A DNA stretch of 64,000 nt from Felis catus (Eukaryota): contig NC_058373.1 in assembly GCF_018350175.1 (NCBI RefSeq), forward strand, positions 109,990,001-110,054,000, in the 5' to 3' direction. Positions within the stretch are counted from its first letter, which is position 1; each line of letters starts with the position of its first letter. Made by a program: the position numbers and the translations under genes. Below are positions 37,206 through 49,336 of the stretch, one piece after another. The notes beneath the pieces were generated by a model that saw only the letters and a program-made list of their open reading frames with translations, was not told the origin of the DNA and made no database searches.

Positions 37206-38984
37206 CGTGAATAAAATGTATATTCCATTCTGTAGAAAATAAATTTAAACTACAGTTTGACTTTTTTATGCTTATGGCAAACAAAATTTAGATTTAAAGG
37301 GTTTTTTTTCCACCCTCTAAAAATACGTGTGTCTGTTTCGTAACTCTTAGTTCTGTTGTGGTGGTGGACTGGAAGAATAAACTTAGTTTTGCACTCATTA
37401 GTGATTTATAATGTGAATAGATTCACTTGTCCTGGCCAGCCTTCTCATCCACCTGTCTATACTTGCTGGGTCCTACCTGCTTTAGCAGGGAAGTCTTAGG
37501 GGTGGGATGCTAGAAATTGGTCCCTTTCTGTTTATGCCTGTTATGACAAGCCTTGCTTTTTTGGATTCCTCCGGGCAGTTAGTTCCTGATGGTGTTTATA
37601 CTCCTCAAACACGCCCTTCCTGTCTCTGGAAAGTCTTTTGCACTCACTCCTCTTTGCAGCCCCAGTGACTGATACAGTGCCTGGCAGACAGAAAGCATGC
37701 AACCACTATTTGTTAAATGAATGAATGAAGACGATCTCATCTGGAAGTCTCAACTTCCCGTGACTTTGGCGCATGTTTTCATGATATTTATCTTAAAGCC
37801 TGAGTGTAAGAAGAAAATTGGATCAGAAAGCTTCTCAGTGAATTAAAAAAAAAACAAACCTTAGCAACCATGGGCATGTGATGGGGAATGCTAGTGGGGC
37901 TTGGCCATTAGAAGACAAATTGGGCCATTGTCTGGTTTTGTTGATTTCCTCTGTAAGTGAACACAGTTAAAGAGAAAGAACAGGTCCCTGACCAAGCGGC
38001 AGCTGGTGCATCTGTTGATTAAAGCCGTGTGTAATTCGGGTCGGTTGTAGTAGCACACAGGCCAAAAGGAAAAATCCAATCACTCTGCCTTTGCCCATTT
38101 GTAATAGAAATTAATTTCTGAGTGTGAAAGCAGCTTTGCAGCTGCCACTAAAATTGATAAATATTTTTCTGAAGAAATAGTACATTTCAGAAACCAACTT
38201 CTCATTTCCACAGCCAACATATTTTTGGCTGTTGTGTTTGCTGGCAAACATTTCAAATTGAGAAATATTTCTTTTAAGTATCTTGGAAAGACTAGTGTTT
38301 GGAATTTTAAAGACAACAAATCCTTCGTCACGGGGGAAATGCTACCCAACAGAAACATGTGTAAAAATGCATGTACAGTTATGTTACTTGAAACATTTGA
38401 CAAAAATGCCTTTATAATCACAGTCAGACCCTGCACAGATTTTCCCAAAAGGTTCAGTCATTTCTGTTCTGAGAATTTTACCAGCATACATGCAGCCATT
38501 TGACCACATTCGGTAGGACTGGTTCAACTTTATAAGCTTAACAGAATTTCTCCAGTCCCTCAGCCCCCATTTCCCCCCAGAATAGTTGGGGACTAAAGTT
38601 CCCCTGAAACCTTGAAAATCCAAGGAACAAATCATTACAAGTAGAAATAGGCATTTTACCTTAAAATACATCCAAGAAGACATTTGAGGGTGAGTTAGTT
38701 TCCTCTGGCCAAGAATTCTGGCCTTTTGGTGAGAAAAAAAAATCTCGTCAAAAATGAAAGGAAGGAGAACAAATTCAAGTGGAGATTACTGAAGGAGGAA
38801 GTTGGAACTTAAAAAATTCTGTGACTTGGGAAGACCTGAATTTCAAAATTATTTTTATTTTTGAGTGTGTATAAAAAAAATTCTTAAAGTATATTTTCTG
38901 AGTTTTTGTTTGCTTATTTGTTCATTCAGTTTTTTAGTTCGTTCATTACCTTATTCATGAAGGATTTAAGATGAACATAACGAA

Positions 38985-38994
38985 TATATATATC

Positions 38995-39036
<42 letters not shown>
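38985..39036. repeat. (TA)n microsatellite
   Basis: Direct reading. Confidence 0.92.
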
Positions 39037-39042
<6 letters not shown>

Positions 39043-39072
39043 AGGTAACACATGTCAATTAAAAGTAAAAAC

Positions 39073-39707
39073 AGGGGCGCCTGGGTGGCTCAGTTGGTTA
39101 TGCTTTCGACTTCAGCTCAGGTCATGATCTTGTGCTCATGAGTTCTAGCCCCACGTTGGGCTCCGTGCTGACAGCTCGGAGCCTGGAGCCTGCTTGGGAT
39201 TCTGTGTCTCAGTCTGTCTCTGCCCCTCCCCTGTTCCCACACTGTCTCTTTCTCTCAAATATAAATAAACATTAAAATTTTTTTTTAAAAAGTAAAAATG
39301 AAAAATAAGACAAAGGCCAGGGAAAAACAGACATAAAGAGGGCCTACATAATTACTACAGTTTGACCTCAGAGTGAGTTCTGTGTTTCTGGACAGCCCAA
39401 ATGAAATGATAAAAGGAACATGAGAGAGAAAACAGCACCAGGAAGAATCCAACTTGTTCCTCCAAGGAAGTGGAGTATTTTTTAGCACTAAATCCTTTTT
39501 TTTTTTTAAACTGTTTTAAGTTTATTTATTTTGAGAAAGAGAGAAATAGAGAGGGAGTGAGAGAATCCCAAGCAGGCTCTGCATGGTTAGCATAGACCTG
39601 ATGCGATGCTTGATTTTGTGAACTGTGAGGTCATGACCTGAACCCAAATCAAGAGTCTGAGGCTTTATCAACAGAGCCACTCAGGCCCCCTGCTCCTAAT
39701 GCTAAAT

Positions 39708-39742
<35 letters not shown>

Positions 39743-41140
39743 AGGAAATAGGAAATTTTAATGGGGGGAGCAGTCTGAAAGTTAAGTTTCCCCAGCTGCC
39801 TCATTCCAGTTTGTTCATTCATTTGTTGACTCTTTTATTTTTATTTTTTATTTTTTAAAAAAGTTATTTTTCTTTTTTCTTAGAGAGAGAGAGAGAGAGA
39901 GAGACAGAGGGGGATAGGAGAGAGAGAGAGGGAGAGAGAGAGAGAGAGATTGAGAGAGAATCCCAAGCAAGTTCTGCACGGTCAGCACAGAGCCCAACAT
40001 GGGGCCCAATCTCATGAACCCGAGAGATCATGACCTGAGCCGAAATCAAGAGCTGGACGCTTAAGCAACTGAGCCACCCAGGTGCCCCTTGCTCGTTCCG
40101 TTAACCTTTCCTCAAACATTTCTCATGTGCCCGCTATATGCCATTCACAGGGCTAGAGGAGAGAGAAACAGTAAACAAGACAGAGTCTCTTCTCCGGGCT
40201 CACCATCTAGAATCTGCAGAGGATACAGGGCTACAAGGGATGGGTAGGCTCACCAGTGGATCTTCAAGGGAAGGGTTTCTCCAGTTAGTTGGCATGTCAG
40301 GTTGATGTTTAGGAACCTACGGCCTCTCAATCGATGCCAGGATGCTTGCAGCATACTCCAGCATGAGATGCCAGGAGGGGGCTGATAAGAACTAAATAAG
40401 GGAGTCCAGAAGGACTGAGGATATTCCTGGAGTGGGGACAGAGAGAAGTGATCTGTTAGTTACATAGCGACTTCTTTGGGGAAGAAGGCCAATTCCCCTA
40501 GAGCCAGTCTATTCAGTGGCAAAGGAACCTAAATACTTGGTTTTTTTCACTGTCTGGAAAGTTTAAGCAATTCTTATAAGCTATGATGATTTTAACAGCT
40601 TTTTGAGGGGTGCCTGGGTGGCTCAGTTGGTTAAGCGTCCGACTTCAGCTTAGGTCATGATCTTACAGTCCGGGAGCTTGAGCCCTGCGTTGGGCTCTGT
40701 GCTGAAAGCTCAGAGCTTGGAGCCTGCTTCCGATTCTGTGTCTCCCTCTCTCTCTGCCCCTCCTCTGCTCATGCTCTGTCTCTCTCTGTCTCAAAAATAA
40801 ATAAAAAACATTAAAAAAAAAAAACAAACCCAAAAACAGCTTTTTGAGTGTGTGATGTTTTAGGTGGCCTCTTCTCACGTTAGCGTGCTGGCAATTTATG
40901 GGATATTCAGTTTGCGTTTGCCTTGCTGTAGTGGGAGGGAGCTGGGGCAGAGATAAAAACACCCTGCAGGGCCTGGGCTGAGAGAGAGGATGGAGGGGCA
41001 GGGAATGGGGACACGGGGAAGAGGCAGAGTAAGAATACATTCATGAAGAGTATAATCATTAAAATATATATATTCTTGGGTCGCCTAGGTGGCTCAGTTG
41101 GTTGAGCGTTGACTTGATTGAGTCCCATGTCAGAGTCAGT

Positions 41141-41183
<43 letters not shown>

Positions 41184-41270
41184 CCTCTCCCCCACCTCTC
41201 TCTTTCCCCATCTGCCCTGCCCTACTCTCACTCTCTCCCTAAAATAAAATAAAAAGACCAAAGAATAAAA
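39073..41270. mobile_element. Five CAN-SINEs (+39073-39285; -39495-39690; -39840-40088; +40607-40830; +41078-41270)
   Basis: Canonical heads and tails; e.g. TSD AACAGCTTTTTGAG for the copy at 40607. Confidence 0.83.
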
Positions 41271-41758
41271 ATATTCTTGAGTGCCAAGAATTCACAGGAA
41301 AAGATTTTTCTTGTGAATAATGATAAGCCGATTTATTATGCCCCTCAGTACCTTGTTTTTCTCTTTTTCACTGTTCCACACCCAACAGGAAGCATTGTTA
41401 ATTCATTGCTTTTCGCCAAGACTCTCCATTGATTTGGGGTCTTGGGGTACTGAGGCTACAGCTGATCTGAACTTCCCAGAGTTTAGAACTGGAATATGGA
41501 TGTCTTCAAGTGACTTGGCATTGAGAAATGTTTAGAAAATCTCACTTACCGAAAACACATACAGCTTCATTTTCCACAGTAAGTTTTTCTTTTTCACCAA
41601 TGAAGAACAGTTTCCATTTGTATCTCATTTTGTAATTTTCAACATGTTTTATCTTGTCCTTTTAGAAAGTCTGAGTCGATTTAACTCACTTATTTTTACT
41701 TTCTCCCGTTCCAGACAAAGTTGGAAGCAATTTGTAGGAAAACATAGAACTCAATTGG

Positions 41759-41798
<40 letters not shown>

Positions 41799-41807
41799 TA
41801 ATAATAA
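41759..41807. repeat. (AAT)n microsatellite
   Basis: Direct reading. Confidence 0.92.
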
Positions 41808-42558
41808 AACTAGAAGAGGGCCTTGCAGTGAAGGAAAAACAAGAGTAGTTGAGTAAAGCAACTTGTTTCCATAAAGTCATTTTGTAGTTGCTAGAGCTGG
41901 GCTATCCCAGCCAAAAAAAAGAGAGGGAAACTTTGTTTATAAAAACAACGTGGTCATTAGATTAAAAGAAAAAACGCTCAGGGTCACAGTTTTTCTTGGT
42001 CCTGAGACCTGAGAGAATGTTCCACAGTGAGTTCTCAGAAAAGGAACACCGTGTCTTATGCACCGTACTCCTGAACTTCTGTGTAAGAAGTGCAATGGTA
42101 GGTTTCTCTGGACTGTTCCGTATGATATCCGGCTGGGTAAGGTTTATGGGATTATACCAGAATGGGTTTTAATAAAAGTGGTTCTCTGAGGGGCTCTAAC
42201 AATGCAGTGCATGTTCCCAGTTCCTTGAGGCTGGATGGGATCCAAAGACAACATCCAGGAATGGGTGGACTCTGAGGCCTCGCAGGCGGTCCACCGTGAC
42301 TGTTGTTTCTTGTAATCCAGTGTTTTTCAACAGGCAGCGGAGAACTCGGGTTAGGTTCTTTGGCAAGAACCTGAAAGACTATGAGGTCGCTCAGACAGAC
42401 TCACTGCCCTCATTTCACAGATGGAGAAACGGGACCTGGGAGAAGCAGATGATTATCCAAGGCTGTGTGGTCAGTGGCAGAGCCGGGGCTAACGCCAGAT
42501 TCTTCTGATTCTGAATCCAGGGCTCTTTCAAGTATTTGGTCTCTGTTTTCTAGCTTAA

Positions 42559-42772
42559 AATTTTTTTTTAACGTTTATTTATTTTTGAGACAGAGAGAGA
42601 CAGAGCATGAACGGGCGAGGGGCAGAGAGAGAGGGAGACACAGAATCTGAAGCAGGCTCCAGGCTCTGAGCTGTCAGCCCAGAGCCCGACGCGGGGCTCG
42701 AACTCACGGACCACGAGATCGTGACCTGAGCCAAAGTCGGGCGCTCAACCGACTGAGCCACCCAGGCGCCCC
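42559..42772 (-). mobile_element. CAN-SINE, left arm of a near-perfect inverted repeat
   Basis: TSD TCTGTT(T/C)TCTAGCTTAA (42542-42558 / 42773-42789). Confidence 0.95.
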
Positions 42773-42831
42773 TCTGTTCTCTAGCTTAAGTAGAATTCGA
42801 TTAGAATTTTTAAATGTTAAGAATGAATATT

Positions 42832-43047
42832 GGGGCGCCTGGGTGGCTCAGTTGGTTAGGCGGCCGACTTTGGCTCAGGTCACGATCTCGTGGTCCGTGA
42901 GTTCGAGCCCCGCGTCGGGCTCTGGGCTGACAGCTCAGAGCCTGGAGCCTGCTTCAGATTCTGTGTCTCCCTCTCTCTCTGCCCCTCGCCCGTTCATGCT
43001 CTGTCTCTCTCTGTCTCAAAAATAAATAAACGTTAAAAAAAAATTTA
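42832..43047 (+). mobile_element. CAN-SINE, right arm of a near-perfect inverted repeat
   Basis: TSD AAGAATGAATATT (42819-42831 / 43048-43060). Confidence 0.95.
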
Positions 43048-43065
43048 AAGAATGAATATTAAGAA

Positions 43066-43167
43066 AATTTTTTTTTAGTGTTTATTTATTTTTGAGAGAG
43101 AGTGAGTCGGAGTACAAGTGGGGGAGGGGCAGAGAGAGAGGGAGACACAGAATCCGAAACAGGCTCC
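43066..43167 (-). mobile_element. Truncated CAN-SINE (3' half only)
   Basis: Stops abruptly at CAGGCTCC, where an A/T-only tract begins. Confidence 0.88.
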
Positions 43168-43408
43168 ATATATATATATATAAATAATATTTTTTATTAT
43201 TATAAATTATAATATAATTTATATTTATATAAATTTATATAAATATAATATATTTATATTTATTTATATAAATTTATATAAATTTATATAAATTTATATA
43301 AATTTATATAAATTATAATATAATTTATAATATAAAATAATATAATAAATTATATTATTATTAAATATAAATATTTTTATATATATTATAAAATATATTT
43401 AATATATA
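43168..43408. repeat. 241-bp pure A/T low-complexity tract with a tandem palindromic 10-mer (ATAAATTTAT)n
   Basis: No G or C between 43168 and 43408; ATAAATTTAT is its own reverse complement and repeats about four times at ~43268-43312. Confidence 0.92.
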
Positions 43409-43614
43409 GTCATGGCTATATATTAATGACTGACTGATACTGGTCAGTCATTCATTTTAGCTGTGGCATAATCTTCCTTGCATGAATCAACCACAGTTTA
43501 TCCATTCTACTGATGGGGTTCGATTATTTGCACTTTTTTCTGTTACAAATGGTTCTGCCATGAACATTCTTGAATATGTCTCCTGTGTCTTTGTGCAATT
43601 TTTTGTTTTAGATT

Positions 43615-45228
43615 TAATTAAAGAAATTTTTAACACTTCTGTATTTTTGAGAGAGAGAGAGACGTAGTGAGAGTGGTGGAGGGGCAGAGAGGGAGGGAGA
43701 GAGAATCCAAAGCAGGCTCCATGCTGTCAGCAGACAGTCTGACACAGGGCTGGAACTCATGAACCGCGAGATCATGATTTGAGCCAAAGTCAGACACTCA
43801 ACCAACTGAGCCACCCAGGCACACCTAGATTTTATTTTTAAGTAATCTCTACATCCAAAGTGGGGCTCGAACTCACAACCCCAAGATCAAGAGTCACGTG
43901 CTCAACTGACTGAGCCAGCTCAGTGCTTCTCTGTGCAATTTCAGAGCATTTTCTAGTTGGCAGAAATTGAAGTCACCAACATTTGCTGCTCCTACTTGAG
44001 TATCAGTCAGATGCTGAGTCCTTCTGGGTTCTCCCAGGAGGGAGAACCTTGGACCCAAAATGCTGTTTGGGCCAATGCTATTCTGTCCTCCATGTTCCTT
44101 TACTGCCCTCTAGCTTCTTGTATGTCTCTAGTCAGTTTGTTCAGGTTCTTGACTGTGGACTGTTCCAAGCACCATTCATTTCTCAAGGACCCTACCCCAC
44201 CCTTGCTCTCCCTGCTCCCAAGTGATGACCTCACTTCTTATTTTCCCTAGAAAATGAGGTCATCTGATCAGAGCTTCCTAAATCCCTCTCTCCCAAACTT
44301 CTCAGCATTTCCACCCAGAAGGACCGTAAACATGACTTTGCAAACCACAAATTCTTTATGAAATGAATAAAGGTATAATTTTTTTTAAGCTTCTCAGCCC
44401 TAGCATTGGAATTTTGTCTTAATGTAGTCCAATTTATTTTTTCATTTGTTGACTGTGCTTTTGGAATCATATCGCAGAGGTTATTTCCAAATCCAGTGTC
44501 ATGAAGCTTTTGCTTTTTGTTTTCTTCTAAGAGTTTTATAGTTTTAGCTTTATGTTTAGGTTTTCTCAGAACTTTTAATGCATTCCTCTCTGTCTTCTGT
44601 TGTCTAGTATGGCTATACAAAAGTCTGATGCCGTTCTGATTCTTTTTTCTTGGTGTGCGATATTTTTTTTTTTTTTTGTCTCTCTGAGAGATTGTTTATT
44701 CCAGCTATTCTGAAATTTTCCGATAACATGTTTTGCTGAGAGTCTTTTTAAAAAAAACTATTTTGGGAGGGGCGCTTGTTATGTTCTTATATTATGGAAA
44801 TACTTGTCCTTCAGTTCTGGAAAATCTTCTTGTGTTACTTCTTTGATTATTTCCTTCTCTGTGTTCTCCCTTGGATGTTAGATCCACTGGGATTGTTTTT
44901 TTTTTTTTTGGCAGGGGGGATTGGTCTTTTAAGCTTTATATTTCTTTTCCATTTTTCTCTTTTTTGTTTATGGGGGATGTCCTTATTTTATGTTCTAACG
45001 TTTTTATTGATCTTTTAAAATTTTTTAATGTTTATTTATTTTTGAGAAAGAGAGAGAGAGAGAGAGAGAGAGGAGGAACAGAGGGAAAGGGAGACACAGA
45101 ATCCAAAGCAGGCTCCAGATTCTGAGCCGTCAGCACAGAGCCCTATGCAGGGCTCGAACTCAAGAACCGTGAGATCATGACCTGAGCGGAAGTCGGATGC
45201 TTAACCGACTGAGACACCCAGGTGCCCC
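43615..45228 (-). mobile_element. CAN-SINEs (43615-43825, 43828-43925, 45020-45228) among old L1/L2 fragments
   Basis: SINE motifs; ORF 44231..44620 contains L1 ORF2-like KTIKLLEEN...LHDTGFGN...PKAQSTNEKINW. Confidence 0.78.
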
Positions 45229-45429
45229 TTTATTGATCTTTTAAAATAGGACATAAACATAGAGCATATTTTTTCCCCATAATACCCTGTTCCTGTCTTA
45301 CTATCTTGGCCAGCTCCCTCTTCTTGGTTCTGACTTGATGTTCTTTGTTTAGTTTCCCATAGGGCATGAAGCATTTACTTTGGGGAGGGTGGGGGGAAGG
45401 AATATGCCTACATTACCTGAACTCAAAAT

Positions 45430-45730
45430 AGAGCAGGAATCTGCCCTTTGGAACTGAAGTCATGATGTCTGATGTACATCTCAAATTTCAAAACTGAACT
45501 CCTACTTTCCAAACCTCTTCCACCTGCACCTGTCTCTGCCTCATCCTTCCTGATGCCTAAGCCAAAAATTTTGGTCATTTTTTCTTCTTCTCTTTCTCTC
45601 ACATGTGGTATCAAATCGGTCAGAAGATCCTGTTGGTGCCATCTTCAAAATATATTCGGAATTTGACCACTGATTGCCACTCCTACTCCTGCAGCCCTGG
45701 TCCCAGCTGGCATCATCTGGATTGCTTTAA
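45430..45730 (+). mobile_element. L2 fragment
   Basis: GATGTCTGATGTACATCTCAAATTTCAAAACTGAACTCC...CATCTTCAAAATATATTCGGAATTTGACCAC. Confidence 0.7.
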
Positions 45731-46154
45731 TAACGTTTTCCTCCAAACATTTTATTATGAAAATCCTCAAGTATAAAACAAAGTTGATGGGGTGCCTGGG
45801 TGGCTCATTTCACTGCGAAGTCGATAGTTTTTATGATCCCAAGAGGGAAGATTGCTTTGGTCACTTACAGATTCCAGCCGAGTTGTGAATTCATACTGAG
45901 CTTCTGTGCACTGGCATCACTAAGGGTGAAATTGACTTTTGTCTTTGGAGGAGATAAGATAAACTGCACTGCTGTTCCAAAGGGCTATGGTTAAAAGATT
46001 TAAACATTTGTACCTGCCAAGGTAGTTTTCTTGTATTTTGCTCTTCATTTCAGCATGTGTGTGGGTGTGGATGTTTATAAACAAGAGTAAGTGTGATCTC
46101 ATAAGGGCTCTCTAAAGTTAATTCTAATAGAATATGACTTTGGGTATTTTTTTT

Positions 46155-46469
46155 AAAGGAGATAGGCGTTTATTGAATACACTGCGAGAGAACAGTGGGC
46201 AGAACAGCAAAGGAGATACTGTCTGCCAGGAGGCAGTGGTGGGGATCTGTAGTTAAGGGGGAGCAAGTGACGGGGTATGGGAATGTATGAAATTTTCATT
46301 TTTTGGTACCTGTTTGTAAGTAGCCCGCTGGTCAGCTAGGGCTTATGGATATTTTGAGGTGGGTCGCCTAATGGGTCTGTTTGCATTCAGCCTGGTGGTC
46401 ACTGTGGGACCGTTTTACCTTTTTCAGGTTTCTGTTGCTTAAGCCTGTTGCCTAATGGCAGCTTCTACA
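46155..46469 (-). mobile_element. ERV LTR (3' LTR, U3-R)
   Basis: Minus strand starts TGTAGAAG immediately after purine tract AGAGGGGAA; AATAAA at 46174-46169; lies directly downstream of an env remnant. Confidence 0.7.
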
Positions 46470-46559
46470 TTCCCCTCTGTCAGATTCACAATGACAAATC
46501 TTTGGTATTTGTGTGGAGGTCTCATCTTCAGTAGATGCTTCATGCGGAACAAGGGGAGT

Positions 46560-46715
46560 GTCTTGGAATCCTTGTTGAGCCATCATTCATACAAGGATTT
46601 GTTGGATTCTAAAAGAGGCAAATTTAACAAAGATTAAAAAGAGGGGGCCAATAATTAGGAGTATGATTATTGAGGCCAGGGGTCCTAAGGAGGGAAGAAG
46701 CCAGGAGAGCCATGA
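46560..46715 (-). pseudogene. env: Gamma-type (ERV1) retroviral env transmembrane/cytoplasmic tail remnant
   Basis: Manual translation SWLSWLLPSLGPLASIIILLIIGPLFLIFVKFASFRIQQILV*MMAQQGFQD matches the gammaretroviral TM anchor pattern WLLPxLGPL...LL..GP...VKFVSSR.QQ...MM.QQGFQ. Confidence 0.8.
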
Positions 46716-46821
46716 CCGGGTTTCTTTCCAAGAAAGCTATCCTTGTGTCTCACGGTGCCAGAGGAAAGAAGCCACTCAGATACGTAGGTACATATTTTGC
46801 CTATAGATCAAGATGGCGACG

Positions 46822-46980
46822 GGACGGGATGCCTGAGTGGCTCAGTCAGTTGAGTGTCTGACTCTTGATATCAGCTCAGGTCTTGATCTCAGGGTCATGA
46901 GTTTAAGCCCTGCATTGGGCTCTGCACTGGGCATGAAACCTACATAAATAAATAAATAAGTAAATAAAAATCAAAAATAA
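46822..46980 (+). mobile_element. Short old-type CAN-SINE
   Basis: GGGATGCCTGAGTGGCTCAG head; (TAAA)n tail. Confidence 0.82.
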
Positions 46981-47016
46981 TGAGGTCATGGGTAGAGATG
47001 ATGACAAAAGGAATGA

Positions 47017-47017
<1 letters not shown>

Positions 47018-47099
<82 letters not shown>
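47018..47099. repeat. Compound (AT)n(AC)n microsatellite
   Basis: Direct reading. Confidence 0.95.
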
Positions 47100-47105
<6 letters not shown>

Positions 47106-47935
47106 AGAAGACATTGGGTTAAAGACATATCCAGGATTTTTGGGAGATTGGTGACCTGGTGGTAGCAAAGGCAGGAAACTTTAGTTGGGGGAATTATGAT
47201 CTTTAGAAAATTTGAGTGTAGGGTAGGAGAGCAGAATTTTAAGGTTAAAATGTACTGATGGAAATTCAAAATAACTACTTCCTAAGTGCAGGCTTTCTAG
47301 ATCTGTGATAATTGAACATATCAGCTTTCATAACTTTGGAAGTTTTTGTCCTTAAGTTTTTTTACTCTTCATTTTTGTATTGTGATGAGTCCCTCGCTTG
47401 TGGTCTGTCTCTCAAAAACAAAACCAAACCAAAGGGAGAATCTTGATAAATTCATTTCACAGATTATAATAAAGACCATTTATATACTGTAGTGCATCTA
47501 CCACAGTAAGCACTCAATAAATGTTAGTTATTACTGTAGTTTTTAAGTTGCATGTGCTTTTTTATTGAATTCCAACAACCACCCTGTAAGATACATACTA
47601 TCATTACCATTCTGTAGCAGTCAGTGGATGCCACAGTTCAGAGCATTTGAGACTTGGTCAAGGCCAACACGGGCTCTTTTAGGGAAGTGGCTATGTTCAC
47701 TCAGAATGCTGTTATCGTGGTTGGAGTGGGTGTTTCAGTGGCCCAGTTGGTATTGGCTGGTGAGTGACCCTGCTTTGTTGTGAGCAGCATTCTATCCAGA
47801 GAACTGCTACATATTTGTTTTCCAAAAGTATAGTGACTGGTTAAAATTGATTTCTGGCATTTTGAGGTGGTCATTAGGAAAATGAAGTGCCTGGAAAGAG
47901 ATAGTAGATTGGAACTTAAAAGTTACCTGGTCTGA

Positions 47936-48841
47936 TTTTTCCAGAGAAGACATCCAGATGGCCAGCAGACACATAGAAAGATGCTCAACATCCCTCATCA
48001 TCAGGGAAATGCAAATCAAAACCACAGTGAGACATCACCTCACACCTGTCAAAATGGTTTGAATCAAAAAGACAAGAAATCACAAGTGTTGGCGAAGGTG
48101 TGGAGAAAAAGGAACACTTGTGTACTGTTGGTGGGAATGCAAACTGGTGCAGCCACTGTGGAAAACTGTATGGAGCTTCCTCAAAACATTAGAAATAGAA
48201 GCACCGTATGACTCAGTAATTCCACTACTGGGTATTTACCTAAAGAAAACAAAAATACTAATTCCAAAAGATTACATGCACCCCTATGTGTATTACAGCG
48301 TTATTTACAATAGCCAAGATACGGAAGCAACCCAAGTGTCTGTCAGTAGGTGAATGGATAAAGAAGATGTGTCATGTACACACAGTGGAAAGTTATACAG
48401 TGATAAAAAAGATGAAATCTTGCCATTTGAGACAAAATGGATGGACCCCGAGGGTATGATGCCAGGTAAAATAGGTCAGACAGAGAAGGACAAATACCTT
48501 ATGATTTCACTTACTTGTAGAATCTAAACAAACAAAAAGCAGAAACAGACCTTTAGATGCAGAGAACAAACTGATGGTTGTTTGAGGGGAGGGCTGTGGG
48601 AGGCTGCACAAAATGGGTAAAGGGCCGTGAGAGATACAGGCTTCCAGTTACGGAAAGAATAAGTCACAGGGATAAAAGGTACAGCGTAGGGAGTGTAGTC
48701 AACAGTGCTGTAATAGTGTTGCGTGGTGACAGTAGCCACGCTTGTGGTGAGCACAGCATAATGTGTGCACTTGTGGGACCACTGTGTTGTACAACTGAGA
48801 CAAGTGTAACGTTGTGTGTCAACTGTACTTCAGTTAAAAAA
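47936..48841 (+). mobile_element. 5'-truncated L1 (ORF2 C-terminus and 3'UTR), carnivore/L1MA9-like
   Basis: Begins with degenerate ORF2 ([30 protein letters not shown]); short A-tail; TSD core ACCTGGTCTGA (within 47919-47935 / 48842-48858) at a TT/AAAA site. Confidence 0.9.
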
Positions 48842-49336
48842 GAAATCACCTGGTCTGAATTTGTACCATAGCTTCTGGTTAAGCGGTGATGACAGGAGAG
48901 GTGATAGTGGAGTTAGGAAAAGTTAGCAGGAAAAAGTTGAAGAAACTTACTGCATTTGTGTCACCACCTTTCTGCTGGGAGCTTGTAAGCAGATCACCGC
49001 TAATAACGGCCCGTGGCTAGGAATAGCGCTGCAACTCATCTGACAAAGCGACCTCCTTCAGAACTGCTAGGTGGATCGTAAATAATGTGGTGTAGACGAA
49101 GACTAGGAAAAAACGATGGGAACAAGTGGTGACATTTAAATCACTCTGTTGAAGAGTTACCTGAGTATACTTCCTACGTCCTTCCATGGTAGACTTTCTG
49201 ATCAGCCTCTGACGATGAGATAGATGTCCCTTTCCTCGTACGACACAGTAATTTTTCCAGTGCTGTCAGACTGCCAGGACTCATTAGCAAACTAATAATG
49301 AGGAAATAAGAGACCTGTTGCGGTACCAAAAAGGTT

